From: Balanoglossus misakiensis
Taxonomy: Eukaryota > Animalia > Hemichordata
NCBI GenBank assembly: GCA_040954595.2
Contig: CM082593.2
Location: 10,925,477 to 10,989,476, forward strand
Direction of reading: 5' to 3'
DNA: 64,000 bases
Below are positions 36,801 to 50,700 of this stretch, one piece after another (position 1 is the first letter of the stretch; the number at the start of each line of letters is the position of its first letter). A program made the position numbers and the translations under genes. A model generated the notes under the pieces. It had not been told where the DNA came from and did not search any database. It saw only the letters and a list, made by a program, of their open reading frames with translations.

Positions 36801-39800
36801 TTCCTCTTTGCAAAATCTCAAAATTTCGTCGATTTTTAAAAAAAGACATGGGTGAAAATCATCAAAAAATAACAAATTTTCGACTTTGCAAAATCTCAAA
36901 TTTTCGTCAATTTTTGAAAAAAATCATGGTTGAAAATCATCAAAAAATGACAAAATTTTCGACTTTGTAAAATCACAAAATTTCGTCGATTTTGAAAAAA
37001 ATCATAGGTTCGTCGATTTTTTAAAAAAAAACATGGGTGAAAATCATCAAAAAATGACAAATTTAAAAAAAAAAAACGGGTGAAAATCATCAAAAAATGA
37101 CACATTTTCGACTTTGCAAAATCTCAAAATTTCGTCGATTTTTGAAAAAAAAACGGGTGAAAATCATCAAAAAATGACAAATTTTGAAAAAAAAACGGGT
37201 GAAAATCATCAAAAAATGACACATTTTCGACTTTGTAAAATCACAAAATTTCGTCGATTTTGAAAAAAATCATAGGTTCGTCGATTTTTTTAAAAAAAAC
37301 ATGGGTGAAAATCATCAAAAAATGACAAATTTTGAAAAAAAAACGGGTGAAAATCATCAAAAAATGACACATTTACGACTTTGCAAAATCTCATAATTTC
37401 GTCGATTTTTGAAAAAAAATCATGGGTGAAAATCATCAAAAAATGACAAATTTTCGTCTTTGCAAAATCTCAAAATTTCGTCCATTTCTGAAAAAAAATT
37501 ATGGGTAAAAATCATCAAAAATGACAAATTTTCATCTTTGCAAAATCTCAAATTTTCGTCGATTTTTGAAAAAAAATCATGGTTGAAAATCATCAAAAAA
37601 TGACAAAATTTTCGACTTTGTAAAATCACAAAATTTCGTCGATTTTGAAAAAAATCATAGGTTCGTCGATTTTTTAAAAAAAAACATGGGTGAAAATCAT
37701 CAAAAAATGACAAATTTAAAAAAAAAACGGGTGAAAATCATCAAAAAATGACACATTTACGACTTTGCAAAATCTCAAAATTTCGTCGATTTTTGAAAAA
37801 AAATCATGGGTGAAAATCATCAAAAAATGACAAATTTTCGTCTTTGCAAAATCTCAAAATTTCGTCCATTTTTGAAAAAAAATCATGGGTAAAAATCATC
37901 AAAAATGACAAATTTTCGTCTTTGCAAAATCTCAAACTTTCGTCCATTTTTAAAAAACAATCATGGGGGAAAATCATCAAAAAATGACAAATTTTCGATT
38001 TTGCAAAATCTCAAAATTTCGTCGATTTTTGAAAAAAAATGTGTGAAAATCATCAAAAAATGACACATTTTCGTCGACTTTGCAAAATCTCAAAATTTCG
38101 TCGATTGTTGAAAAAAATCATGGGGGAAAATCATGAAAAAATGACAAATTTTCGACTTTGCAAAATCTCAAAATTTCGTCAATTTTGAATAAAAATCATG
38201 GGTGAAAATCATCAAAAAATGACAAATTTTCGACTTTGCAAAATCTCACAATTTCGTCGATTTTTGAAAAAAAATCATGGGTGAAAATGCACCAAAAAAT
38301 GAGAAATTTTCGACTTTGCAAAATATCAAAATTTCGTCAATTTTGAAAAAAATCATGGGTGAAAATCATCAAAAAATGACAAATTTTCGACTTTGCAAAA
38401 TCTCAAAATTTCGTCGATTTTCGAAAAAAATCATGGGTGAAAATCATCAAAAAAATGACAAATTTTCGACTTTGCAAAATCTCAAAATTTCGTCGATTTT
38501 TGAAGAAAATCATGGGTGAAAATCATCAAAAAATGACAAATTTTCGACTTTGCAAAATCTCAAAATTTTTTCGATTGTTGAAAAAAATCATCGGTGAAAA
38601 TCATCAAAAAATGACAAATTTTCGACTTTGCAAAATCTCAAAATTTTGTTGATTTTTGAAAAAAATCATAGGTGAAAATCATCAAAAAATGACAAATTTT
38701 CGACTTTGCAAAATCTCAAAATTTCGTCGATTTTTGAAGAAAATCATGGGTGAAAATCATCAAAAAATGACAAATTTTGAAAAAAAAACGGGTGAAAATC
38801 ATCAAAAAATGACACATTTACGACTTTGCAAAATCTCAAAATTTCGTCGATTTTTGAAAAAAAACCGGGTGAAAATCATCAAAAAATGACACATTTACGA
38901 CTTTGCAAAATCTCAAAATTTCGTCGATTTTTGAAAAAAAATCATGGGTGAAAATCATCAAAAAATGACAAATTTTCGATTTTGCAAAATCTCAAAATTT
39001 CGTCGATTTTTGAAAAAAAACGGGTGAAAATCATCAAAAAATGACACATTTTCGTCGACTTTGCAAAATCTCAAAATTTCGTCGATTTTTGAAAAAAATC
39101 ATGGGGGAAAATCATGAAAAAAATGACAAATTTTCCTCTTTGCAAAATCTCAAAATTTCGTCGATTTTTAAAAAAAGACATGGGTGAAAATCATCAAAAA
39201 ATAACAAATTTTCGACTTTGCAAAATCTCAAAATTTCGTCCATTTTTGAAAAAAAATCATGGGTAAAAATCATCAAAAAATGACAAATTTTGAAAAAAAA
39301 CGGGTGAAAATCATCAAAAAATGACACATTTTGGACTTTGCAAAATCTCAAAATTTCGTCGATTTTTGAAAAAAAATCATGGGTGAAAATCATCAAAAAA
39401 TGACAAATTTTCGTCTTTGCAAAATCTCAAAATTTCGTCCATTTTTGAAAAAAAATCATGGGTAAAAATCATCAAAAATGACAAATTTTCGTCTTTGCAA
39501 AATCTCAAATTTTCGTCGATTTTTGAAAAAAAATCATGGTTGAAAATCATCAAAAAATGACAAAATTTTCGACTTTGTAAAATCACAAAATTTCGTCGAT
39601 TTTGAAAAAAATCATAGGTTCGTCGATTTTTTAAAAAAAAACATGGGTGAAAATCATCAAAAAATGACAAATTTTGAAAAAAAAACGGGTGAAAATCATC
39701 AAAAAATGACACATTTTCCTCTGCAAAATCTCAAAATTTCGTCGTTTTTTGAAAAAAAATCATTGGTGAAAATCATCAAAAAATGACAAATTTTCGTCTT

Positions 39801-42800
39801 TGCAAAATCTCAAAATTTCGTCCATTTTTGAAAAAAAATCATGGGTAAAAATCATCAAAAATGACAAATTTTGAAAAAAAAACGGGTGAAAATCATCAAA
39901 AAATGACACATTTTCGTCGACTTTGCAAAATCTCAAAATTTCGTCGATTTTTGAAAAAAAAACGGGTGAAAATCATCAAAAAATGACAAATTTTGAAAAA
40001 AAAAACGGGTGAAAATCATCAAAAAATGACACATTTTCGACTTTGTAAAATCACAAAATTTCGTCGATTTTGAAAAAAATCATAGGTTCGTCGATTTTTT
40101 TAAAAAAAACATGGGTGAAAATCATCAAAAAATGACAAATTTTGAAAAAAAAACGGGTGAAAATCATCAAAAAATGACACATTTACGACTTTGCAAAATC
40201 TCATAATTTCGTCGATTTTTGAAAAAAAATCATGGGTGAAAATCATCAAAAAATGACAAATTTTCGTCTTTGCAAAATCTCAAAATTTCGTCCATTTCTG
40301 AAAAAAAATTATGGGTAAAAATCATCAAAAATGACAAATTTTCATCTTTGCAAAATCTCAAATTTTCGTCGATTTTTGAAAAAAAATCATGGTTGAAAAT
40401 CATCAAAAAATGACAAATTTTCCTCTTTGCAAAATCTCAAAATTTCGTCGATTTTTGAAAAAAAATCATGGGTGAAAATCATCAAAAAATGACAAATTTT
40501 CGTCTTTGCAAAATCTCAAAATTTCGTCCATTTTTGAAAAAAAAATCATGGGTAAAAATCATCAAAAATGACAAATTTTCGTCTTTGCAAAATCTCAAAT
40601 TTTCGTCGATTTTTGAAAAAAAATCATGGTTGAAAATCATCAAAAAATGACAAAATTTTCGACTTTGTAAAATCACAAAATTTCGTCGATTTTGAAAAAA
40701 ATCATAGGTTCGTCGATTTTTTAAAAAAAAACATGGGTGAAAATCATCAAAAAATGACAAATTTAAAAAAAAAACGGGTGAAAATCATCAAAAAATGACA
40801 CATTTACGACTTTGCAAAATCTCAAAATTTCGTCGATTTTTGAAAAAAAATCATGGGTGAAAATCATCAAAAAATGACAAATTTTCGTCTTTGCAAAATC
40901 TCAAAATTTCGTCCATTTTTGAAAAAAAATCATGGGTAAAAATCATCAAAAATGACAAATTTTCGTCTTTGCAAAATCTCAAACTTTCGTCCATTTTTAA
41001 AAAACAATCATGGGGGAAAATCATCAAAAAATGACAAATTTTCGATTTTGCAAAATCTCAAAATTTCGTCGATTTTTGAAAAAAAATGTGTGAAAATCAT
41101 CAAAAAATGACACATTTTCGTCGACTTTGCAAAATCTCAAAATTTCGTCGATTGTTGAAAAAAATCATGGGGGAAAATCATGAAAAAATGACAAATTTTC
41201 GACTTTGCAAAATCTCAAAATTTCGTCAATTTTGAATAAAAATCATGGGTGAAAATCATCAAAAAATGACAAATTTTCGACTTTGCAAAATCTCACAATT
41301 TCGTCGATTTTTGAAAAAAAATCATGGGTGAAAATGCACCAAAAAATGAGAAATTTTCGACTTTGCAAAATATCAAAATTTCGTCAATTTTGAAAAAAAT
41401 CATGGGTGAAAATCATCAAAAAATGACAAATTTTCGACTTTGCAAAATCTCAAAATTTCGTCGATTTTTGAAAAAAATCATGGGTGAAAATCATCAAAAA
41501 AATGACAAATTTTCGACTTTGCAAAATCTCAAAATTTCGTCGATTTTTGAAGAAAATCATGGGTGAAAATCATCAAAAAATGACAAATTTTCGACTTTGC
41601 AAAATCTCAAAATTTTGTTGATTTTTGAAAAAAATCATAGGTGAAAATCATCAAAAAATGACAAATTTTCGACTTTGCAAAATCTCAAAATTTCGTCGAT
41701 TTTTGAAGAAAATCATGGGTGAAAATCATCAAAAAATGACAAATTTTGAAAAAAAAACGGGTGAAAATCATCAAAAAATGACACATTTACGACTTTGCAA
41801 TATCTCAAAATTTCGTCGATTTTTGAAAAAAAACCGGGTGAAAATCATCAAAAAATGACACATTTACGACTTTGCAAAATCTCAAAATTTCGTCGATTTT
41901 TGAAAAAAAATCATGGGTGAAAATCATCAAAAAATGACAAATTTTCGATTTTGCAAAATCTCAAAATTTCGTCGATTTTTGAAAAAAAACGGGTGAAAAT
42001 CATCAAAAAATGACACATTTTCGTCGACTTTGCAAAATCTCAAAATTTCGTCGATTTTTGAAAAAAATCATGGGGGAAAATCATGAAAAAAATGACAAAT
42101 TTTCCTCTTTGCAAAATCTCAAAATTTCGTCGATTTTTAAAAAAAGACATGGGTGAAAATCATCAAAAAATGACAAATTTTCGTCTTTGCAAAATCTCAA
42201 AATTTCGTCCATTTTTGAAAAAAAATCATGGGTAAAAATCATCAAAAATGACAAATTTTCGTCTTTGCAAAATCTCAAATTTTCGTCGATTTTTGAAAAA
42301 AAATCATGGTTGAAAATCATCAAAAAATGACAAAATTTTCGACTTTGTAAAATCACAAAATTTCGTCGATTTTGAAAAAAATCATAGGTTCGTCGATTTT
42401 TAAAAAAAAAACATGGGTGAAAATCATCAAAAAATGACAAATTTTGAAAAAAAACGGGTGAAAATCATCAAAAAATGACACATTTTCCTCTGCAAAATCT
42501 CAAAATTTCGTCGTTTTTTGAAAAAAAATCATTGGTGAAAATCATCAAAAAATGACAAATTTTCGTCTTTGCAAAATCTCAAAATTTCGTCCATTTTTGA
42601 AAAAAAATCATGGGTAAAAATCATCAAAAATGACAAATTTTGAAAAAAAACGGGTGAAAATCATCAAAAAATGACACATATTCGTCGACTTTGCAAAATC
42701 TCAAAATTTCGTCGATTTTTGAAAAAAATCATGGGGGAAAATCATGAAAAAATGACAAATTTTCCTCTTTGCAAAATCTCAAAATTTCGTCGATTTTTAA

Positions 42801-45800
42801 AAAAAGACATGGGTGAAAATCATCAAAAAATAACAAATTTTCGACTTTGCAAAATCTCAAAATTCGTCCATTTTTGAAAAAAAATCATGGGTAAAAATCA
42901 TCAAAAAATGACAAATTTTCGTCTTTGCAAAATCTCACAATTTCGTCGATTTTTGAAAAAAATCATGTGTGAAAATCATCAAAAAATGACAAATTTTCGA
43001 CTTTGCAAAATCTCAAAATTTCGTCGATTTTCGAAAAAAATCATGGGTGAAAATCATCAAAAAAATGACAAATTTTCGACTTTGCAAAATCTCAAAATTT
43101 CGTCGATTTTTGAAGAAAATCATGGGTGAAAATCATCAAAAAATGACAAATTTTCGACTTTGCAAAATCTCAAAATTTTTTCGATTGTTGAAAAAAATCA
43201 TCGGTGAAAATCATCAAAAAATGACAAATTTTCGACTTTGCAAAATCTCAAAATTTTGTTGATTTTTGAAAAAAATCATAGGTGAAAATCATCAAAAAAT
43301 GACAAATTTTCGACTTTGCAAAATCTCAAAATTTCGTCGATTTTTGAAGAAAATCATGGGTGAAAATCATCAAAAAATGACAAATTTTGAAAAAAAAACG
43401 GGTGAAAATCATCAAAAAATGACACATTTACGACTTTGCAAAATCTCAAAATTTCGTCGATTTTTGAAAAAAAACCGGGTGAAAATCATCAAAAAATGAC
43501 ACATTTACGACTTTGCAAAATCTCAAAATTTCGTCGATTTTTGAAAAAAAATCATGGGTGAAAATCATCAAAAAATGACAAATTTTCGATTTTGCAAAAT
43601 CTCAAAATTTCGTCGATTTTTGAAAAAAAACGGGTGAAAATCATCAAAAAATGACACATTTTCGTCGACTTTGCAAAATCTCAAAATTTCGTCGATTTTT
43701 GAAAAAAATCATGGGGGAAAATCATGAAAAAAATGACAAATTTTCCTCTTTGCAAAATCTCAAAATTTCGTCGATTTTTAAAAAAAGACATGGGTGAAAA
43801 TCATCAAAAAATAACAAATTTTCGACTTTGCAAAATCTCAAAATTTCGTCCATTTTTGAAAAAAAATCATGGGTAAAAATCATCAAAAAATGACAAATTT
43901 TGAAAAAAAACGGGTGAAAATCATCAAAAAATGACACATTTTGGACTTTGCAAAATCTCAAAATTTCGTCGATTTTTGAAAAAAAATCATGGGTGAAAAT
44001 CATCAAAAAATGACAAATTTTCGTCTTTGCAAAATCTCAAAATTTCGTCCATTTTTGAAAAAAAATCATGGGTAAAAATCATCAAAAATGACAAATTTTC
44101 GTCTTTGCAAAATCTCAAATTTTCGTCGATTTTTGAAAAAAAATCATGGTTGAAAATCATCAAAAAATGACAAAATTTTCGACTTTGTAAAATCACAAAA
44201 TTTCGTCGATTTTGAAAAAAATCATAGGTTCGTCGATTTTTTAAAAAAAAACATGGGTGAAAATCATCAAAAAATGACAAATTTTGAAAAAAAAACGGGT
44301 GAAAATCATCAAAAAATGACACATTTTCCTCTGCAAAATCTCAAAATTTCGTCGTTTTTTGAAAAAAAATCATTGGTGAAAATCATCAAAAAATGACAAA
44401 TTTTCGTCTTTGCAAAATCTCAAAATTTCGTCCATTTTTGAAAAAAAATCATGGGTAAAAATCATCAAAAATGACAAATTTTGAAAAAAAAACGGGTGAA
44501 AATCATCAAAAAATGACACATTTTCGTCGACTTTGCAAAATCTCAAAATTTCGTCGATTTTTGAAAAAAAAACGGGTGAAAATCATCAAAAAATGACAAA
44601 TTTTGAAAAAAAAACGGGTGAAAATCATCAAAAAATGACACATTTTCGACTTTGTAAAATCACAAAATTTCGTCGATTTTGAAAAAAATCATAGGTTCGT
44701 CGATTTTTTTAAAAAAAACATGGGTGAAAATCATCAAAAAATGACAAATTTTGAAAAAAAAACGGGTGAAAATCATCAAAAAATGACACATTTACGACTT
44801 TGCAAAATCTCATAATTTCGTCGATTTTTGAAAAAAAATCATGGGTGAAAATCATCAAAAAATGACAAATTTTCGTCTTTGCAAAATCTCAAAATTTCGT
44901 CCATTTCTGAAAAAAAATTATGGGTAAAAATCATCAAAAATGACAAATTTTCATCTTTGCAAAATCTCAAATTTTCGTCGATTTTTGAAAAAAAATCATG
45001 GTTGAAAATCATCAAAAAATGACAAATTTTCCTCTTTGCAAAATCTCAAAATTTCGTCGATTTTTGAAAAAAAATCATGGGTGAAAATCATCAAAAAATG
45101 ACAAATTTTCGTCTTTGCAAAATCTCAAAATTTCGTCCATTTTTGAAAAAAAAATCATGGGTAAAAATCATCAAAAATGACAAATTTTCGTCTTTGCAAA
45201 ATCTCAAATTTTCGTCGATTTTTGAAAAAAAATCATGGTTGAAAATCATCAAAAAATGACAAAATTTTCGACTTTGTAAAATCACAAAATTTCGTCGATT
45301 TTGAAAAAAATCATAGGTTCGTCGATTTTTTAAAAAAAAACATGGGTGAAAATCATCAAAAAATGACAAATTTAAAAAAAAAACGGGTGAAAATCATCAA
45401 AAAATGACACATTTACGACTTTGCAAAATCTCAAAATTTCGTCGATTTTTGAAAAAAAATCATGGGTGAAAATCATCAAAAAATGACAAATTTTCGTCTT
45501 TGCAAAATCTCAAAATTTCGTCCATTTTTGAAAAAAAATCATGGGTAAAAATCATCAAAAATGACAAATTTTCGTCTTTGCAAAATCTCAAACTTTCGTC
45601 CATTTTTAAAAAACAATCATGGGGGAAAATCATCAAAAAATGACAAATTTTCGATTTTGCAAAATCTCAAAATTTCGTCGATTTTTGAAAAAAAATGTGT
45701 GAAAATCATCAAAAAATGACACATTTTCGTCGACTTTGCAAAATCTCAAAATTTCGTCGATTGTTGAAAAAAATCATGGGGGAAAATCATGAAAAAATGA

Positions 45801-47700
45801 CAAATTTTCGACTTTGCAAAATCTCAAAATTTCGTCAATTTTGAATAAAAATCATGGGTGAAAATCATCAAAAAATGACAAATTTTCGACTTTGCAAAAT
45901 CTCACAATTTCGTCGATTTTTGAAAAAAAATCATGGGTGAAAATGCACCAAAAAATGAGAAATTTTCGACTTTGCAAAATATCAAAATTTCGTCAATTTT
46001 GAAAAAAATCATGGGTGAAAATCATCAAAAAATGACAAATTTTCGACTTTGCAAAATCTCAAAATTTCGTCGATTTTTGAAAAAAATCATGGGTGAAAAT
46101 CATCAAAAAAATGACAAATTTTCGACTTTGCAAAATCTCAAAATTTCGTCGATTTTTGAAGAAAATCATGGGTGAAAATCATCAAAAAATGACAAATTTT
46201 CGACTTTGCAAAATCTCAAAATTTTTTCGATTGTTGAAAAAAATCATCGGTGAAAATCATCAAAAAATGACAAATTTTCGACTTTGCAAAATCTCAAAAT
46301 TTTGTTGATTTTTGAAAAAAATCATAGGTGAAAATCATCAAAAAATGACAAATTTTCGACTTTGCAAAATCTCAAAATTTCGTCGATTTTTGAAGAAAAT
46401 CATGGGTGAAAATCATCAAAAAATGACAAATTTTGAAAAAAAAACGGGTGAAAATCATCAAAAAATGACACATTTACGACTTTGCAATATCTCAAAATTT
46501 CGTCGATTTTTGAAAAAAAACCGGGTGAAAATCATCAAAAAATGACACATTTACGACTTTGCAAAATCTCAAAATTTCGTCGATTTTTGAAAAAAAATCA
46601 TGGGTGAAAATCATCAAAAAATGACAAATTTTCGATTTTGCAAAATCTCAAAATTTCGTCGATTTTTGAAAAAAACGGGTGAAAATCATCAAAAAATGAC
46701 ACATTTTCGTCGACTTTGCAAAATCTCAAAATTTCGTCGATTTTTGAAAAAAATCATGGGGGAAAATCATGAAAAAAATGACAAATTTTCCTCTTTGCAA
46801 AATCTCAAAATTTCGTCGATTTTTAAAAAAAGACATGGGTGAAAATCATCAAAAAATGACAAATTTTCGTCTTTGCAAAATCTCAAAATTTCGTCCATTT
46901 TTGAAAAAAAATCATGGGTAAAAATCATCAAAAATGACAAATTTTCGTCTTTGCAAAATCTCAAATTTTCGTCGATTTTTGAAAAAAAATCATGGTTGAA
47001 AATCATCAAAAAATGACAAAATTTTCGACTTTGTAAAATCACAAAATTTCGTCGATTTTGAAAAAAATCATAGGTTCGTCGATTTTTAAAAAAAAAACAT
47101 GGGTGAAAATCATCAAAAAATGACAAATTTTGAAAAAAAAACGGGTGAAAATCATCAAAAAATGACACATTTTCCTCTGCAAAATCTCAAAATTTCGTCG
47201 TTTTTTGAAAAAAAATCATTGGTGAAAATCATCAAAAAATGACAAATTTTCGTCTTTGCAAAATCTCAAAATTTCGTCCATTTTTGAAAAAAAATCATGG
47301 GTAAAAATCATCAAAAATGACAAATTTTGAAAAAAAACGGGTGAAAATCATCAAAAAATGACACATATTCGTCGACTTTGCAAAATCTCAAAATTTCGTC
47401 GATTTTTGAAAAAAATCATGGGGGAAAATCATGAAAAAATGACAAATTTTCCTCTTTGCAAAATCTCAAAATTTCGTCGATTTTTAAAAAAAGACATGGG
47501 TGAAAATCATCAAAAAATAACAAATTTTCGACTTTGCAAAATCTCAAAATTCGTCCATTTTTGAAAAAAAATCATGGGTAAAAATCATCAAAAAATGACA
47601 AATTTTCGTCTTTGCAAAATCTCACAATTTCGTCGATTTTTGAAAAAAATCATGTGTGAAAATCATCAAAAAATGACAAATTTTCGACTTTGCAAAATCT
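30880..47700 (+). repeat. Nested higher-order block: ~3.0-kb subunits paired into a ~6040-bp unit, followed by a ~4610-bp tandem duplication
   Basis: The diagnostic GAAAATGCACCAAAAAATGAG monomer (ORFs MGENAPK) occurs at 32236, 35284, 38277, 41324 and 45933 (spacings 3048, 2993, 3047, 4609). Offsets are 6040-6041 for 31379/37420 and 34428/40468, and 4609-4610 for 38437/43047, 39112/43722 and 40468/45077. Confidence 0.9.
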
Positions 47701-50700
47701 CAAAATTTCGTCAATTTTTAAAAAAATCATGGGTGAAAATCATCAAAAAATGACAAATTTTCGTCTTTGCAAAATCTCAAAATTTCGTCCATTTTAAAAA
47801 AAAAACGGGGGAAAATCATCAAAAAATGACAAATTTTCGACTTTGCAAAATCTAAAAATTTCGTCGATTTTTGAAAAAAATCATGGGTGAAAATCATCAA
47901 AAAATGACAAATTTTCGACTTTGCAAAATCTCAAAATTTCGTCAATTTTTGAAAAAATCATGGGTGAAAATCATCAAAAAATGACAAATTTTCGTCTTTG
48001 CAAAATCTCAAAATTTCGTCGGTTTTTGAAAAATAATATGGGTGAAAATCATCAAAAAATGACAAATTTTTGACTGCAAAATCTCAACATTTCGTCGATT
48101 TTTGAAAAAAATCATGGGTGAAAATCATCAAAAAATGACAAATTTTCGACTTTGCAAAATCTCAAAATTTCGTCGGTTTTGAAAAAAATCATGGGTTCGT
48201 CGATTTTTTTAAATAAAAACATGGGTGAAAATCATCAAAAAATGACAAATGTTCGACTTTGCAAAATCTAAAAATTTCGTCGATTTTTGAAAAAAAATCA
48301 TGGGTGAAAATCATCAAAAAATGACAAATTTTCGTCTTTGCAAAATCTCAAAATTTCGTCAATTTTTGAAAAAATCATGGGTGAAAATCATCAAAAAATG
48401 ACAAATTTTCGTCTTTGCAAAATCTCAAAATTTCGTCGGTTTTTGAAAAATAATATTGGTGAAAATCATCAAAAAATGACAAATTTTTGACTGCAAAATC
48501 TCAACATTTCGTCGATTTTTGAAAAAAATCATGGGTGAAAATCATCAAAAAATGACAAATTTTCGACTTTGCAAAATCTCAAAATTTCGTCGGTTTTGAA
48601 AAAAATCATGGGTTCGTCGATTTTTTTAAATAAAAACATGGGTGAAAATCATCAAAAAATGACAAATGTTCGACTTTGCAAAATCTAAAAATTTCGTCGA
48701 TTTTTGAAAAAAAATCATGGGTGAAAATCATCAAAAAATGACAAATTTTCGTCTTTGCAAAATCTCAAAATTTCGTCCATTTTTGAAAAAAAATCATGGG
48801 TAAAAATCATCAAAAATGACAAATTTTCGTCTTTGCAAAATCTCAAATTTTCGTCGATTTTTGAAAAAAAATCATGGTTGAAAATCATCAAAAAATGACA
48901 AAATGTTCGACTTTGTAAAATCACAAAATTTCGTCGATTTTGAAAAAAATCATAGGTTCGTCGATTTTTGAAAAAAAAACATGGGTGAAAATCATCAAAA
49001 AATGACAAATTTTCGTCTTTGCAAAATCTCAAAATTTCGTCGATTTTTAAAAAAAAACATGGGTGAAACTCATCAAAAAATGACAAATTTTCGACTTTGC
49101 AAAATCTCAAAATTTCGTCGATTTTTGAAAAAAAATCATGGGTGAAAATCATCAAAAAATGACAAATTTTCGACTTTGCAAAATCTCAAAATTTCGTCAA
49201 TTTTTGAAAAATTCATGGGTAAAAATCATCAAAAAATGACAAATTTTCGTCTTTGCTAAATCTCAAAATTTCGTCGGTTTTTGAAAAATTCATGGGTAAA
49301 AATCATCAAAAAATGACAAATTTTCGTCTTTGCTAAATCTCAAAATTTCGTCGGTTTTTGAAAAATAATATGGGTGAAAATCATCAAAAAATGACAAATT
49401 TTCGACTTTGCAAAATCTCAAAATTTCGTCCATTTTTGAAAAAAAATCATGGGTAAAAATCATCAAAAAATGACAAATTTTCGTCTTTGCAAAATCTCAA
49501 AATTTCGTCCATTTTAAAAAAAAAACATGGGGGAAAATCATCAAAAAATGACAAATTTTCGACTTTGCAAAATCTCAAAATTTCGTCGATTTTGAAAAAA
49601 AATAATGGTTGAAAATCATCAAAAAATGACAAATTTTCGACTTTGCAAAATCTCAAAATTTCGTCGATTTTTGAAAAAAAATCATGGGTGAAAATCATCA
49701 AAAAATGACAAATTTTCGTCTTTGCAAAATCTCAAAATTTCGTCCATTTTTGAATAAAAATCATGGGTAAAAATAATCAAAAATGACAAATTTTCGTCTT
49801 TGCAAAATCTCAAATTTTCGTCGATTTTTGAAAAAAAATCATGGTTGAAAATCATCAAAAAATGACAAAATTTTCGACTTTGTAAAATCACAAAATTTCG
49901 TCGATTTTGAAAAAAACCATAGGTTCGTCGATTTTTAAAAAAAAAACATGGGTGAAAATCATCAAAAAATGACAAATTTTCGACTTTGCAAAATCTCAAA
50001 ATTTCGTCGATTTTTGAAAAAAAATCATGGGTGAAAATCATCAAAAAATGACACATTTTCGATTATGCAAAATCTCAAAATTTCGTCGATTTTTGAAAAA
50101 AAATCATGGGTGAAAATCATCAAAAAATGACACATTTTCGTTTATGCAAAATCTCAAAATTTCGTCGATTTTTGAAAAAAAATCATGGGGTGAAAATCAT
50201 CAAAAAATGACAAATTTTCGACTTTGCAAAATCTCAAAATTTCGTCGATTTTTGAAAAAAATCATGGGTGAAAATCATCAAAAAATGACAAATTTTCGAC
50301 TTTGCAAAATCTCAAAATTTCGTCGATTTTTGAAAAAAAATCATGGTGAAAATCATCAAAAAATGACAAATTTTCGACTTTGCAAAATCTCAAAATTTCG
50401 TCGATTTTTGAAAAAAATCATGGTGAAAATCATCAAAAAATGACAAATTTTCGTCTTTGCAAAATCTCAAAATTTCGTCCATTTTTGAAAAAAAAATCAT
50501 GGGTAAAAATCATCAACAAATGACAAATTTTCGTCTTTGCAAAATCTCAAAATTTCGTCGATTTTTGAAAAAAAATCATGGGTGAAAATCATCAAAAAAT
50601 GACAAATTTTCGTCTTTGCAAAATCTCAAAATTTCGTCCATTTTTGAATAAAAATCATGGGTAAAAATAATCAAAATGACAAATTTTCGTCTTTGCAAAA

